A stretch of 64,000 bases of DNA from Candidatus Entotheonellaceae bacterium (GTDB lineage Bacteria > Tectomicrobia > Entotheonellia > Entotheonellales > Entotheonellaceae): contig OZ250173.1 of assembly GCA_965238075.1 (NCBI GenBank), positions 2,240,001-2,304,000 of the forward strand. The letters are read 5' to 3'. Shown here in pieces: positions 10,127 to 20,494 of this stretch. The notes below the pieces were generated by a model. The model ran no database searches. It had not been told where the DNA came from and was given only the letters and a program-made list of their open reading frames with translations. How positions within the stretch are numbered: position 1 is the first letter of the stretch; each line of letters opens with the position of its first letter. The position numbers were made by a program, and so were the translations under genes.

Positions 10127-11850
10127 TGCCGGGGGAAGATATGGTGGTTGAAGAATCCGTGACCAGCGCTAGGCTGAAGCAGGCGTTTGCCGACGCGGTG
10201 CTGGGGCAGCACGCCGAGCACGGCGACGACACCCTGACGGTGCGCCGCGAGGCGTGGCGGGACGTGGCGCAATTCCTGCGCGACGAGCCGGATTTGCGCT
10301 ACAACGTGCTGATGGACCTGACGGCGGTGGATTACCTCACCCTGGGGGATGGCGGCAGGGCGGCGCGCTACGAAATGGTGGCGCACCTGTACTCGCTGTC
10401 GCACAACCAGCGGGTGCGGCTGAAGGCGGCGGTACCGGACGACGACCCGCGCATCGACTCCCTGATGCCGACATGGGAGGGGGCCAACTGGTTCGAGCGC
10501 GAGGTCTACGACATGTTCGGCATCACCTTCGACGACCACCCGGACCTGCGCCGCATCCTGCTGTACAACGGCTTCGAGGGCCACCCGCTGCGTAAGGATT
10601 ACCCGCAGGACAAGGAACAGCCGCTCGACCACAACGCCCAGGACCCGACGTTCTACATGAACAAGCGCGACGGCGCCGGGTCTGAAACGCGCCACATGTT
10701 CGTGCACATGGGCCCGAGCCATCCGGCCATGCACGGCGTCATTCACATGACGCTCGAACTGGACGGCGAGACGATTGTCGATGGCGACACCGAGATCGGC
10801 TACCTGCACCGCGCTTTCGAGAAGGAGGCGGAGAGCCATACCTACACGCAGGTGATCCCGTACACCGACCGGCTGAACTACGTGTCGCCGCTGATTAACA
10901 ACGTCGGCTTCGTGCTGGCGGTGGAGAAGCTCTTCGACGTCGAGACGCCGGAGCGCTGCCAGTACATCCGGGTACTGGTCAGCGAGTTGTCGCGCATCAC
11001 CGACCACCTCACCTGCATCGCCGCCAACGCCATGGAGCTCGGCGCTTTCACGGTCTATTTCTACTTCATCAAGGCGCGCGAAGAAATCTGGAAGCTGGTG
11101 GAGGCCATCTGCGGCGCCCGCCTCACCACCACCTACACCCGCGTGGGAGGCGTCATGGCCGACCTGCCGGCGGACTTTGCGGACCGCCTGGCACAGGTTC
11201 TGGTGCTATTGCACGAGCAGATGCACGACGTGGAGCGTTTGTTGCAGAAGAACCGTATCTTCCACGACCGCATGCGCGGTACCGGCATCATCGCGCCGCA
11301 CGACGCCCTGGCACTGAGCTTCACCGGCCCGGTGCTGCGCTCGACCGGGGTCGATTTCGACGTGCGCAAGACGACGCCGTATCTGGTCTACGACCGCCTG
11401 GATTTCGACGTGCCGCTCGGCGAGACCGGCGACAACTACGATCGCTACTTGGTGCGCATGGAGGAGATCCGGCAGAGCGTTCGCCTCGTCGAGCAGTGCA
11501 TGGCGCAGATGCCCGACGGGCCGGTGCAACTCGACGACGCGCGCATGACGATGCCGCCGAAGGCCGAGGTTTACGGCACCATCGAGGGATTGATGAACCA
11601 CTTCAAGCTGATCATCGAGGGCATCAAGCCGCCCGCCGGCGAGGCGTACGTGCCGGTGGAGGGCGCCAACGGCGAGCTGGGCTTTTATCTGGTCAGCGAC
11701 GGCACCGGCCGTCCGTACCGCTGCCGGGTGCGGCCGCCGTGCTTCGCCCTCATGCAGGGTCTGCAAAAGATGCTCAAAGGCGGCATGGTCGCCGACGTGG
11801 TGGCGACGTTCGGCACCATCAACATGATCGCCGGCGAGAATGACCGGTGA
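10126..11850 (+). CDS. nuoCD: Fused NADH-quinone oxidoreductase subunit C/D
   Basis: ANWFEREVYDMFGI and GHPLRKDYP (C), then GPSHPAMHG, IGYLHRAFEK, DRLNY, GENDR (D); TAATG overlap with nuoA. Confidence 0.95.
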   Translation: MPGEDMVVEESVTSARLKQAFADAVLGQHAEHGDDTLTVRREAWRDVAQFLRDEPDLRYNVLMDLTAVDYLTLGDGGRAARYEMVAHLYSLSHNQRVRLKAAVPDDDPRIDSLMPTWEGANWFEREVYDMFGITFDDHPDLRRILLYNGFEGHPLRKDYPQDKEQPLDHNAQDPTFYMNKRDGAGSETRHMFVHMGPSHPAMHGVIHMTLELDGETIVDGDTEIGYLHRAFEKEAESHTYTQVIPYTDRLNYVSPLINNVGFVLAVEKLFDVETPERCQYIRVLVSELSRITDHLTCIAANAMELGAFTVYFYFIKAREEIWKLVEAICGARLTTTYTRVGGVMADLPADFADRLAQVLVLLHEQMHDVERLLQKNRIFHDRMRGTGIIAPHDALALSFTGPVLRSTGVDFDVRKTTPYLVYDRLDFDVPLGETGDNYDRYLVRMEEIRQSVRLVEQCMAQMPDGPVQLDDARMTMPPKAEVYGTIEGLMNHFKLIIEGIKPPAGEAYVPVEGANGELGFYLVSDGTGRPYRCRVRPPCFALMQGLQKMLKGGMVADVVATFGTINMIAGENDR

Positions 11851-11855
11851 GAAGA

Positions 11856-11942
11856 GCAGTGACTGGTGATTAGTGGTCAGTGGTCAGCAGGGGCGGATGT
11901 CTTCGTTGTTCTGGGCACTCGTCACTGACTACTAGCCACTGC
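11856..11942. repeat. Inverted pair of heptamer tandem repeats (long hairpin) between nuoCD and nuoE
   Basis: GCAGTGA CTGGTGA TTAGTGG TCAGTGG TCAG ... GTCACTG ACTACTA GCCACTG C. Confidence 0.7.
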
Positions 11943-11964
11943 ATTTAGGGAGGACGACCGCGCC

Positions 11965-12447
11965 ATGGCCGTGCAACTCTCCGAGGCCGCCCAGGCTCGC
12001 ATCGCGCAGTTGATCGAACGCTATCCGACGCCGCGCGCCGTGATGCTGCCGGCACTGCACCTGGCGACGCAGGAGTTTCCGTATCTCGACGACGGGGTGT
12101 GCCAGGCGGTGGCCGACCTGCTGCAGGTGGCGATGGTGGACGTGAAGGGCGTGGCGACGTTCTACACCATGTTTCCCACCGCGCCGCAGGGCACCTGCGA
12201 GGTGCAGATTTGCTTCAACCTGTCGTGCTCGCTGCAGGGTGCCCGGCGTCTCTTGCGGCACGCCGAGCGGCAGCTCGGCGTCGAGGTAGGGCAGACCACG
12301 CCGGACGGACGGTTCACCCTGCGCGGCGTCGAGTGCATGGCGGCCTGCGACAAGGCGCCGATGATGTATCTGAACGACGAGCTGTACGGCAACGTGACCG
12401 AGGAAAAGCTGGACGAACTGCTGCACCAGAAAAGCAGTGGAGAGTGA
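11965..12447 (+). CDS. nuoE: NADH-quinone oxidoreductase subunit E
   Basis: VATFYTMF; 2Fe-2S ligands CFNLSC...CMAAC. Confidence 0.95.
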   Translation: MAVQLSEAAQARIAQLIERYPTPRAVMLPALHLATQEFPYLDDGVCQAVADLLQVAMVDVKGVATFYTMFPTAPQGTCEVQICFNLSCSLQGARRLLRHAERQLGVEVGQTTPDGRFTLRGVECMAACDKAPMMYLNDELYGNVTEEKLDELLHQKSSGE

Positions 12448-12450
12448 ACC

Positions 12451-13728
<1,278 letters not shown>

Positions 13729-13746
13729 GGCAGCGGGGACGACATC

Positions 13747-14832
13747 GTGTGGGTTGACGTTCTGATCATCTTGCTCAAGGTCCTCGTGGTGCTGCTGGCG
13801 CTGATCCACCTGGGGGTGCTGCTGACTTGGGCCGAGCGCAAGCAGAGTGCTGCCATCCAGGACCGCATCGGCCCCAACCGGGCGCGCATCGCCGGGGTGG
13901 CGGCCATGGGCCTGTTCCACGCCATTGCCGACGGCATCAAAATGATTGCCAAGGAAGACTTCGTGCCCGCCGGGGCGCACCGCACCCTGCACACCCTGGC
14001 GCCGGCGGCGGCGCTGTTTCCTGCCCTGGTGGTGTTCGCGGTCATTCCGTTCGGCGACGTGCTGCGTATCGGCGAGCGCGTCATTCCGTTGCAGATCGCC
14101 GACCTGAACGTCGGCATCGTGTATATCTTCGCCATCTCCTCCATGGCGGTGTACGGCACCATGCTGGCGGGCTGGGCGTCGAACAACAACTACGCGCTGC
14201 TCGGCGGCCTGCGCGCCTCGTCGCAGATGATCTCGTACGAAATCACCATGGGGCTGTCGATTATCGGCGTGCTGATGATCTACGAAACGGCGCAGTTGAA
14301 CGTCATTGTGCAGAAGCAGGGCGAGTTGCTGTGGGGCTTCCTGCCCAAATGGGGCATCGTGGTGCAGCCGGCGGCCTTCTTTCTCTTCCTGGTCGCGGCG
14401 ATGGCCGAAAACAAGCGGGTGCCGTTCGACCTGCCGGAGGGCGAGTCGGAAATCATCGGCTACTTCGTCGAATACAGCAGCATGAAGTTCGCCATGTTCT
14501 TCCTGGCGGAGTTCGTCGAGATCGTCATCGTTTCCGGGCTGGTGGCCACGCTGTTCTTTGGCGGCTGGCAGGTCCCCTACCTGTACGCCGACGGCTTTCA
14601 CTGGCCGTTCGGCTGGGGCGCGTGGCAACTGCCGCACCTGTTGGTGGTGCTGCTTCAGGTGGCGTCGTTCGGCTTCAAGGTGCTGGTCGGCTGCTGGGTG
14701 CTGCTGACGGTGCGCTGGACGCTGCCGCGTTTTCGCTACGACCAGGTGATGCACCTGGGCTGGAAGATTCTGCTTGAGTTGGCCTTCGTCAACCTGCTGA
14801 TTACCGCCATAGTGGTGTTGCTGATTACCTGA
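13747..14832 (+). CDS. nuoH: NADH-quinone oxidoreductase subunit H
   Basis: ERK..AAIQDRIGPNR, ADGIK..KED, PFDLPEGESE, EYSS, TLPRFRYDQ. Confidence 0.96.
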   Translation: MWVDVLIILLKVLVVLLALIHLGVLLTWAERKQSAAIQDRIGPNRARIAGVAAMGLFHAIADGIKMIAKEDFVPAGAHRTLHTLAPAAALFPALVVFAVIPFGDVLRIGERVIPLQIADLNVGIVYIFAISSMAVYGTMLAGWASNNNYALLGGLRASSQMISYEITMGLSIIGVLMIYETAQLNVIVQKQGELLWGFLPKWGIVVQPAAFFLFLVAAMAENKRVPFDLPEGESEIIGYFVEYSSMKFAMFFLAEFVEIVIVSGLVATLFFGGWQVPYLYADGFHWPFGWGAWQLPHLLVVLLQVASFGFKVLVGCWVLLTVRWTLPRFRYDQVMHLGWKILLELAFVNLLITAIVVLLIT

Positions 14833-14847
14833 TGCGCAGGCCCCTGC

Positions 14848-14876
14848 AACCCCCCAACCCCCCTTGTCAGGGGGGC
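14848..14876 (+). repeat. C6/G6 hairpin repeat, identical to 25438-25466 (inverted)
   Basis: AACCCCCCAACCCCCCTTGTCAGGGGGGC. Confidence 0.85.
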
Positions 14877-14979
14877 TAGGGTCCGCTTGCCGGTCGGCGA
14901 CACCCGGCGCCTCGGGGTATGCGGCGCGGCTGCAAAGGGTGGCCTCCTGGGCGGCAAATCTGGCGAACGGAAGAGTGCT

Positions 14980-15471
14980 ATGGAAGTTCTTTTATTCTGG
15001 ATATTTGCGGTTGTCGGGATGGGCTGCGGGTTCCTCGTGGTGTGGCACCGCAACCCGATGAACAGCGCCATCTATCTGGTGATCACCATGCTGTGCCTGG
15101 CCGGCCTGTACGTGCTGCTGATGAGCGGCTTCGTGGCCACGATACAGATTCTCATCTACGCCGGCGCGGTCATGGTGCTGATGTTGTTCGTCATCATGAT
15201 GCTCAACCTGCGCGCCGACTCCCTGCAGCGTGAGGGCAGCACGCGGGCCTGGTTGCTGGCCGCTGTCGTCGGCCTGGTGTTGGTCTTCCGCATCGCCGGA
15301 TTGTTTTCCATTGGCGACGCGAACCCGCCGGCAGCCGAGGACTTCGGCACCATCGAGGCGGTCGGCGCCAGCCTGTTCAGCACGTATCTGTTGCCGTTCG
15401 AGCTCGCCGCGGTATTGCTGCTGATCGCGGTGATTGGCGCCGTCATCCTGTCCAAACGCACGACGCCGTAG
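14980..15471 (+). CDS. nuoJ: NADH-quinone oxidoreductase subunit J (copy 1)
   Basis: RNPMNSA, QILIYAGAVMVL, YLLPFELAAVLLL. Confidence 0.93.
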   Translation: MEVLLFWIFAVVGMGCGFLVVWHRNPMNSAIYLVITMLCLAGLYVLLMSGFVATIQILIYAGAVMVLMLFVIMMLNLRADSLQREGSTRAWLLAAVVGLVLVFRIAGLFSIGDANPPAAEDFGTIEAVGASLFSTYLLPFELAAVLLLIAVIGAVILSKRTTP

Positions 15472-15492
15472 CGGCTTGGAGTTCCAAACCTG

Positions 15493-15795
15493 ATGATTCC
15501 CGTGTCGTACTATCTCGTGATCAGCGCCGTTTTGTTCATCACCGGGGCCATTGGCGTGCTGATGCGCCGCAACGCCCTGATTATGCTGATGTCGCTCGAA
15601 CTCATGCTCAACGCCGTCAACCTGAGCTTTGTGGCCTATGCCCGCATGCTTAACGACACCGGCGGACACGTCATCGTCTTTCTGAACATCGCTGTTGCCG
15701 CCGCCGAAGCCGTGGTGGGCCTGGCGATTCTGCTGGCCATCTTCCGGAACCGAGAAACGGTCAACATCGACCACTTGAATCTGATGCGGCACTGA
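15493..15795 (+). CDS. nuoK: NADH-quinone oxidoreductase subunit K (copy 1)
   Basis: RRN, ELMLNAVNL, VAAAEAVVGLA. Confidence 0.95.
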   Translation: MIPVSYYLVISAVLFITGAIGVLMRRNALIMLMSLELMLNAVNLSFVAYARMLNDTGGHVIVFLNIAVAAAEAVVGLAILLAIFRNRETVNIDHLNLMRH

Positions 15796-15818
15796 GGCCG
15801 GCGGGCTGGGGAAGAGGT

Positions 15819-17282
15819 ATGGAAGCACCGGCATTGTTGGAGGGTACGGCGGCGTTGCTGCCGCACATCACGATCCTGGTCACGGGCCTGGTCGTTCTGG
15901 TGCTGGATTTGTTCCTGCTGCCGCGCGACCGCTGGGCCACCGAGGCGGTTAGCCTGGTCGGTCTGGCGCTGGCGTTCGCGTGCGCTCTGGCGCAGGCCGG
16001 CGGCGAGCCGCGCACCGTGTTCATGGGCATGGCGGTGGTGGACGGCCTGGGGACGTTCTTCAACGCCGTGTTTGTGCTGATTGCCGCGCTCACCGTGCTG
16101 CTGTCGGCGTATTACGTGCGGCGTGAGGACATCCGCCCCGGCGAGTACTACGCGCTGATCCTGTTCGCCACCCTGGGCTTCATGTTCGTAGGCAGTTCGT
16201 CCGACCTGGTGATGATGTTCCTGGCCATCGAAACCTTCTCCATGGCGACGTACATCCTGGCGGGTCTGCTGCGCGACACGCCGCGCTCCCTGGAATCGGC
16301 TTTCAAGTATTTCATGCTCGGGTCGTTTTCCTCGGCATTTTTCCTCTACGGCATCGCTACGCTCTACGGCGCTTTGGGCACCACGAACCTGTTGGCTCTG
16401 TCGCAGGCCATGAGCGCGGAAGGCACGTCGCCACTGCTGCTGATGGGCATGGGGCTGCTGATTGTCGGCCTGGGCTTCAAGGTAGCGGTGGTGCCGTTTC
16501 ACATGTGGGCGCCGGACGTGTACGAGGGCGCCCCGACCGCGGTCACGGCGTTCATGACCGCGGGCCCCAAGGCAGCCGCCTTCGCTGCCCTGTTGCGGGT
16601 GTTCACGCAGGGTTTCGGCGCCCCCGCGTTCAGTGAGGAATGGGTGCCGATCTTCGCCGTGCTGGCGGCGCTGACGATGCTCCTGGGCAACATCGTGGCC
16701 ATCGTGCAGCAGAGCGTCAAACGCATGCTGGCCTACTCCAGCATCGCGCACGCCGGTTACGCCTTCGTCGCCCTGGTGGCGCACAACGCCGCCGGGGCCG
16801 GCAGCATCCTGTACTATCTGGTCGCCTATGCGTTCATGTCGCTGGGCGCCTTCACCGTGCTGATGATCGTCGTCCGCCGCGACGACCAGCGGCACGCCTT
16901 CGACGATTACGCCGGCCTGGGCGCGACGAACCCGGCGCTGGCGGCCATCATGTCGCTGTTCATGTTCGCCTTGGCCGGCTTTCCGCCCACCGCCGGGTTC
17001 ACGGGTAAGTTCTACGTGTTCAGCGCCGCGGTGCAGTCCGGCTACTACGTCCTGGCCCTGATCGGCGTGCTCACCAGCGTCATTTCGGTGGTGTACTACG
17101 CGCGGGTCGTTATTCTGATGTACATGCACGAGCCCGACGCCGAGGCGCCGCGCATCCGTCTGGCGCCGACCTCGATGGCGGCGCTGGGCGTCACCGTTTT
17201 CGGGGTGCTTTATCTGGGGGTTTTTCCGGGCGGCGTGATGCATCTGGCGGCGCGTTCGGTGGCCTTTCTGTTCCCCGGCTAG
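15819..17282 (+). CDS. nuoN: NADH-quinone oxidoreductase subunit N (copy 1)
   Basis: GEYY, ESAFKYF, GFKVAVVPFHMWAPDVYEGAP, KRMLAYSSIAH. Confidence 0.96.
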   Translation: MEAPALLEGTAALLPHITILVTGLVVLVLDLFLLPRDRWATEAVSLVGLALAFACALAQAGGEPRTVFMGMAVVDGLGTFFNAVFVLIAALTVLLSAYYVRREDIRPGEYYALILFATLGFMFVGSSSDLVMMFLAIETFSMATYILAGLLRDTPRSLESAFKYFMLGSFSSAFFLYGIATLYGALGTTNLLALSQAMSAEGTSPLLLMGMGLLIVGLGFKVAVVPFHMWAPDVYEGAPTAVTAFMTAGPKAAAFAALLRVFTQGFGAPAFSEEWVPIFAVLAALTMLLGNIVAIVQQSVKRMLAYSSIAHAGYAFVALVAHNAAGAGSILYYLVAYAFMSLGAFTVLMIVVRRDDQRHAFDDYAGLGATNPALAAIMSLFMFALAGFPPTAGFTGKFYVFSAAVQSGYYVLALIGVLTSVISVVYYARVVILMYMHEPDAEAPRIRLAPTSMAALGVTVFGVLYLGVFPGGVMHLAARSVAFLFPG

Positions 17283-17378
17283 GATGTGTAAATGACGCCC
17301 CTGCAATCGGTTGCTCGCCTGCGGTGGCTGTGCTATGGTTCCCGGAAATCCTGTTTGAAGGTGGTCTGAGGGCGTCGC

Positions 17379-17951
17379 ATGGTTTTTTTCTTCTTTCTTT
17401 TTGCCATCGTCGGGCTGGCCTCGGCGGTGATGGTCGTGACACGAAAAAACGTCATGCACGCGGCGCTGTTTTTGCTGCTGACGTTTGCCTGTGTCGGTGC
17501 CACCTACGTCATGCTGCGAGCCGAGCTTCTGGCGGCGGTGCAGGTGCTGGTATACGCCGGCGCCGTGATGGTGCTGTTCCTCTTCGCCATCCTGTTGGTG
17601 AACATGCCGGAGGCGGTTCGGATGCGTCAATGGACGCGCCAGAGCGCCGTGGCGGTGGTGCTGGCGGGTTTGACGGGCCTGTGGCTGATCATCGCCACGG
17701 TTCGCGCCTTCACTGGCTTTGCGGCGCCTCCCGAGGCCGCTACGCAACCCCTTGGCACGCCGCGCGCCATCGGCGAGGCGCTGTTTTCCGATTACGTCCT
17801 GCCTTTTGAAATTGCTTCGCTCATCCTGCTCGCCGCCATGGTCGGTGCGATTGTCTTGGCGCGCGAAACGGCTCGGGAGGAAGAGCGCCCCACCGAGGCG
17901 CTGTCCGGGCCGCCACAGCCAGACGCGCAGGAAGACCAGCAACCCGTCTAG
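17379..17951 (+). CDS. nuoJ: NADH-quinone oxidoreductase subunit J (copy 2)
   Basis: QVLVYAGAVMVLFLF, YVLPFEIASLILL. Confidence 0.93.
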   Translation: MVFFFFLFAIVGLASAVMVVTRKNVMHAALFLLLTFACVGATYVMLRAELLAAVQVLVYAGAVMVLFLFAILLVNMPEAVRMRQWTRQSAVAVVLAGLTGLWLIIATVRAFTGFAAPPEAATQPLGTPRAIGEALFSDYVLPFEIASLILLAAMVGAIVLARETAREEERPTEALSGPPQPDAQEDQQPV

Positions 17952-17975
17952 CTCATCACGAAGTGGAGAAAGCCG

Positions 17976-18278
17976 TTGGTGCCGTTGTCTTGGTATTTGG
18001 TGTTTGGTGCGTTGCTTTTCATGATCGGGGTCGTCGGGGTACTGACGCGCCGCAACGTGATTATCGTGCTCATGTCCATCGAACTGATGCTCAACGCCGT
18101 GAACGTCACGCTGATCAGCTTCTCGCATTACCTGCAGGATTTACGCGGTCAGATCTTCACCCTCTTTATCATCGCGGTTGCCGCCTCCGAGGCCGCCATT
18201 GGCCTGGCGCTGGTGATCTCGATGTACCGCGGTAAATCCACCTTTAACCTGGACGAGGTCAACGTATTGAAGTGGTAA
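17976..18278 (+). CDS. nuoK: NADH-quinone oxidoreductase subunit K (copy 2)
   Basis: RRN, SIELMLNAVN, VAASEAAIGLA. Confidence 0.95.
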   Translation: MVPLSWYLVFGALLFMIGVVGVLTRRNVIIVLMSIELMLNAVNVTLISFSHYLQDLRGQIFTLFIIAVAASEAAIGLALVISMYRGKSTFNLDEVNVLKW

Positions 18279-18367
18279 GGGGTTGCCATTGTGGCAGGCC
18301 GTTGCAGGGCTTGCGCTGTGCGTCGCCATTGGTCAAGCCCCTGATCCCATAAGGAATTGTTTGTCCT

Positions 18368-20341
18368 ATGAAAGTTCTCGTGTGGTTGATCCCGATCCTT
18401 CCCGCCGTGGCCGTGCTGCTCAACGGTCTGTTGGGGCGGCGTGTCTTTCGCGACAAGGCCCATTACCTCGGCGTCGGCTCGGTCGGGCTGGCCCTGTTGT
18501 GCGCCCTGATCGTCATCCTGCGCGTTATCGCCGACCCGCAGCATCCGATCGAGGCCAAGCTGTACCCCTGGATTTTCGCCGGCTCCTTCTCGGTGGACAT
18601 GGGGCTGATGGTCGACTCGCTGAGCGCCGTCATGCTGTTCGTGGTGTGCGGCGTCGGCTTCCTGGTGCACGTTTATTCGGTCGGCTACATGCACGGCGAC
18701 CCCAGCTACCCGCGCTTCTTCACCTACCTCAACCTGTTCATGACTTCCATGCTGGTGCTGGTGCTGGCCGACAATTACCTGCTGATGTTCGTCGGCTGGG
18801 AGGGGGTGGGGCTGTGTTCCTACCTGCTGATCGGCTTCTGGTACGAGCGCCGCTCAGCCTCGGACGCCGGCAAGAAAGCCTTCATCGTCAACCGTATCGG
18901 CGACGCCGGGTTCATCCTGGCGATGGCGCTGATTTTCTGGACTACCGGCTCCCTGGCGTACCACGACGTGTTTGCGGCGGCCGCCGACCACAAGATCACC
19001 ACCGGCATCGCCACGGCGATCACCCTGCTGCTGTTCATCGGCGCCATGGGCAAATCGGCGCAGATCCCGTTGTATGTGTGGTTGCCTGACGCCATGGAAG
19101 GGCCGACACCGGTCAGCGCCCTGATTCACGCCGCCACGATGGTCACCGCGGGAGTTTACATGGTGGTGCGCAGTCAGGCGCTGTATCTCCTGGCGCCGAT
19201 CTCGATGGACGTGATGGCGGGTATCGGGGCGTTCACGGCGCTATTCGCCGCCAGCATCGCCCTGGTGCAGACCGACATCAAGCGGGTGCTGGCCTATTCC
19301 ACGGTGAGCCAATTGGGCTACATGTTTCTCGGCTGCGGGGTCGGCGCGTTCACCTCGGGCCTGTTCCACGTCATGACGCACGCCTTCTTCAAGGGCCTGC
19401 TCTTCCTCGGCGCCGGCAGCGTCATCCACGCCATGCACGAGGAGCAGGACATGCGACGCATGGGCGGGCTGAGGCGCCACATACGGGGAACCTACGATAC
19501 GATGCTGCTGGCGACTATTGCGATCGCCGGCATTCCGCCCTTCGCGGGCTTCTGGAGCAAGGACGAAATCCTGGCCTCGGCGATCAAGGGCGGTCACGTC
19601 CTGTGGTGGGTGCTGGGCCTGTGCGCCGCCTTCATGACGTCGTTCTACATGTTCCGGCTGATCTTCATGACCTTCCGGGGCGAGGAGCGGTTCGACACCG
19701 AGCAGGTGCACCCGCACGAATCGCCGCCGTCGATGCTGCAGCCGCTGCGGATTCTGGCCGTCCTGTCGGTCATCGGCGGCGTTATCGTGGGCATTCCGCC
19801 GGAGAACGGGCTGTTTCACAAGTTTGTGGCGCACGCCTTCCATAACCAAGGCGAGCACGCTGCTCATGCCTTTCATTTCTGGCCCGACGTGCCCCTTATG
19901 CTGCTGTCAACGGTGATCGCGCTCGGTGGTCTGTACCTTGCCTATCTGTTCTATATCCAGGATCCGGAACGCCCGAAACGCCTGGCGGAAAGATTTGCCT
20001 TCGCCTACGAGACGCTGCTCAACAAGTATTACATCGACGAGTTTTACGACGCTTACATCGTGCGCCCGGTGAAGTGGAGCACCGATGCCTTGTGGAGTGT
20101 CGACGCGCACGTGGTGGACGGCGTGGTGAACGGCTTTGGGGCCTTCACGCGGCTGTACGCCAACTGGTCCGGCATCGTCGACCGTTGGGTGGTCGATGGG
20201 GCGGTGAACGGCGTCGGTACCGTCATCCAGAGCGGCTCGCGGGCTTTCCGACTCATCCAGACGGGTGTGGTGCAAAACTATCTGCTCGTCATGGCCCTGG
20301 GCCTGTTCGTCTTTGCCACGATTTATTTGATCGTCATATAA
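18368..20341 (+). CDS. nuoL: NADH-quinone oxidoreductase subunit L (copy 2, extended transverse helix)
   Basis: Same core motifs as copy 1; duplicated VD..VVDG.VNG.G in the C-terminal helix. Confidence 0.97.
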   Translation: MKVLVWLIPILPAVAVLLNGLLGRRVFRDKAHYLGVGSVGLALLCALIVILRVIADPQHPIEAKLYPWIFAGSFSVDMGLMVDSLSAVMLFVVCGVGFLVHVYSVGYMHGDPSYPRFFTYLNLFMTSMLVLVLADNYLLMFVGWEGVGLCSYLLIGFWYERRSASDAGKKAFIVNRIGDAGFILAMALIFWTTGSLAYHDVFAAAADHKITTGIATAITLLLFIGAMGKSAQIPLYVWLPDAMEGPTPVSALIHAATMVTAGVYMVVRSQALYLLAPISMDVMAGIGAFTALFAASIALVQTDIKRVLAYSTVSQLGYMFLGCGVGAFTSGLFHVMTHAFFKGLLFLGAGSVIHAMHEEQDMRRMGGLRRHIRGTYDTMLLATIAIAGIPPFAGFWSKDEILASAIKGGHVLWWVLGLCAAFMTSFYMFRLIFMTFRGEERFDTEQVHPHESPPSMLQPLRILAVLSVIGGVIVGIPPENGLFHKFVAHAFHNQGEHAAHAFHFWPDVPLMLLSTVIALGGLYLAYLFYIQDPERPKRLAERFAFAYETLLNKYYIDEFYDAYIVRPVKWSTDALWSVDAHVVDGVVNGFGAFTRLYANWSGIVDRWVVDGAVNGVGTVIQSGSRAFRLIQTGVVQNYLLVMALGLFVFATIYLIVI

Positions 20342-20350
20342 GGTTTCAAT

Positions 20351-20432
20351 CGTCATTAAACCCGCGCACGCGGGAATCCAACGCCTTTGGCCACCGAAAA
20401 ACCCTTGGACTCCCGCCTTCGCGGGAGTGACG
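20351..20432 (-). repeat. CGTC-type double-hairpin element, copy 3
   Basis: Minus strand GTCACTCCCGCGAAGGCGGGAGTCCAA ... TTGGATTCCCGCGTGCGCGGGTTTAATGAC between nuoL2 and nuoM2. Confidence 0.85.
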
Positions 20433-20494
20433 GGAATTGGCATTACCAAAAGCGGCGTCTGCGCCACGGATCTGGAAATTAGGGGAGCTTTTGC

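Noticed and set aside
10126-11850. Possible group 4 [NiFe]-hydrogenase large subunit, given the missing nuoB/G/I
   Set aside because: No N- or C-terminal CxxC nickel ligands; the quinone-site HPAMHG and DRLNY motifs indicate NuoD.
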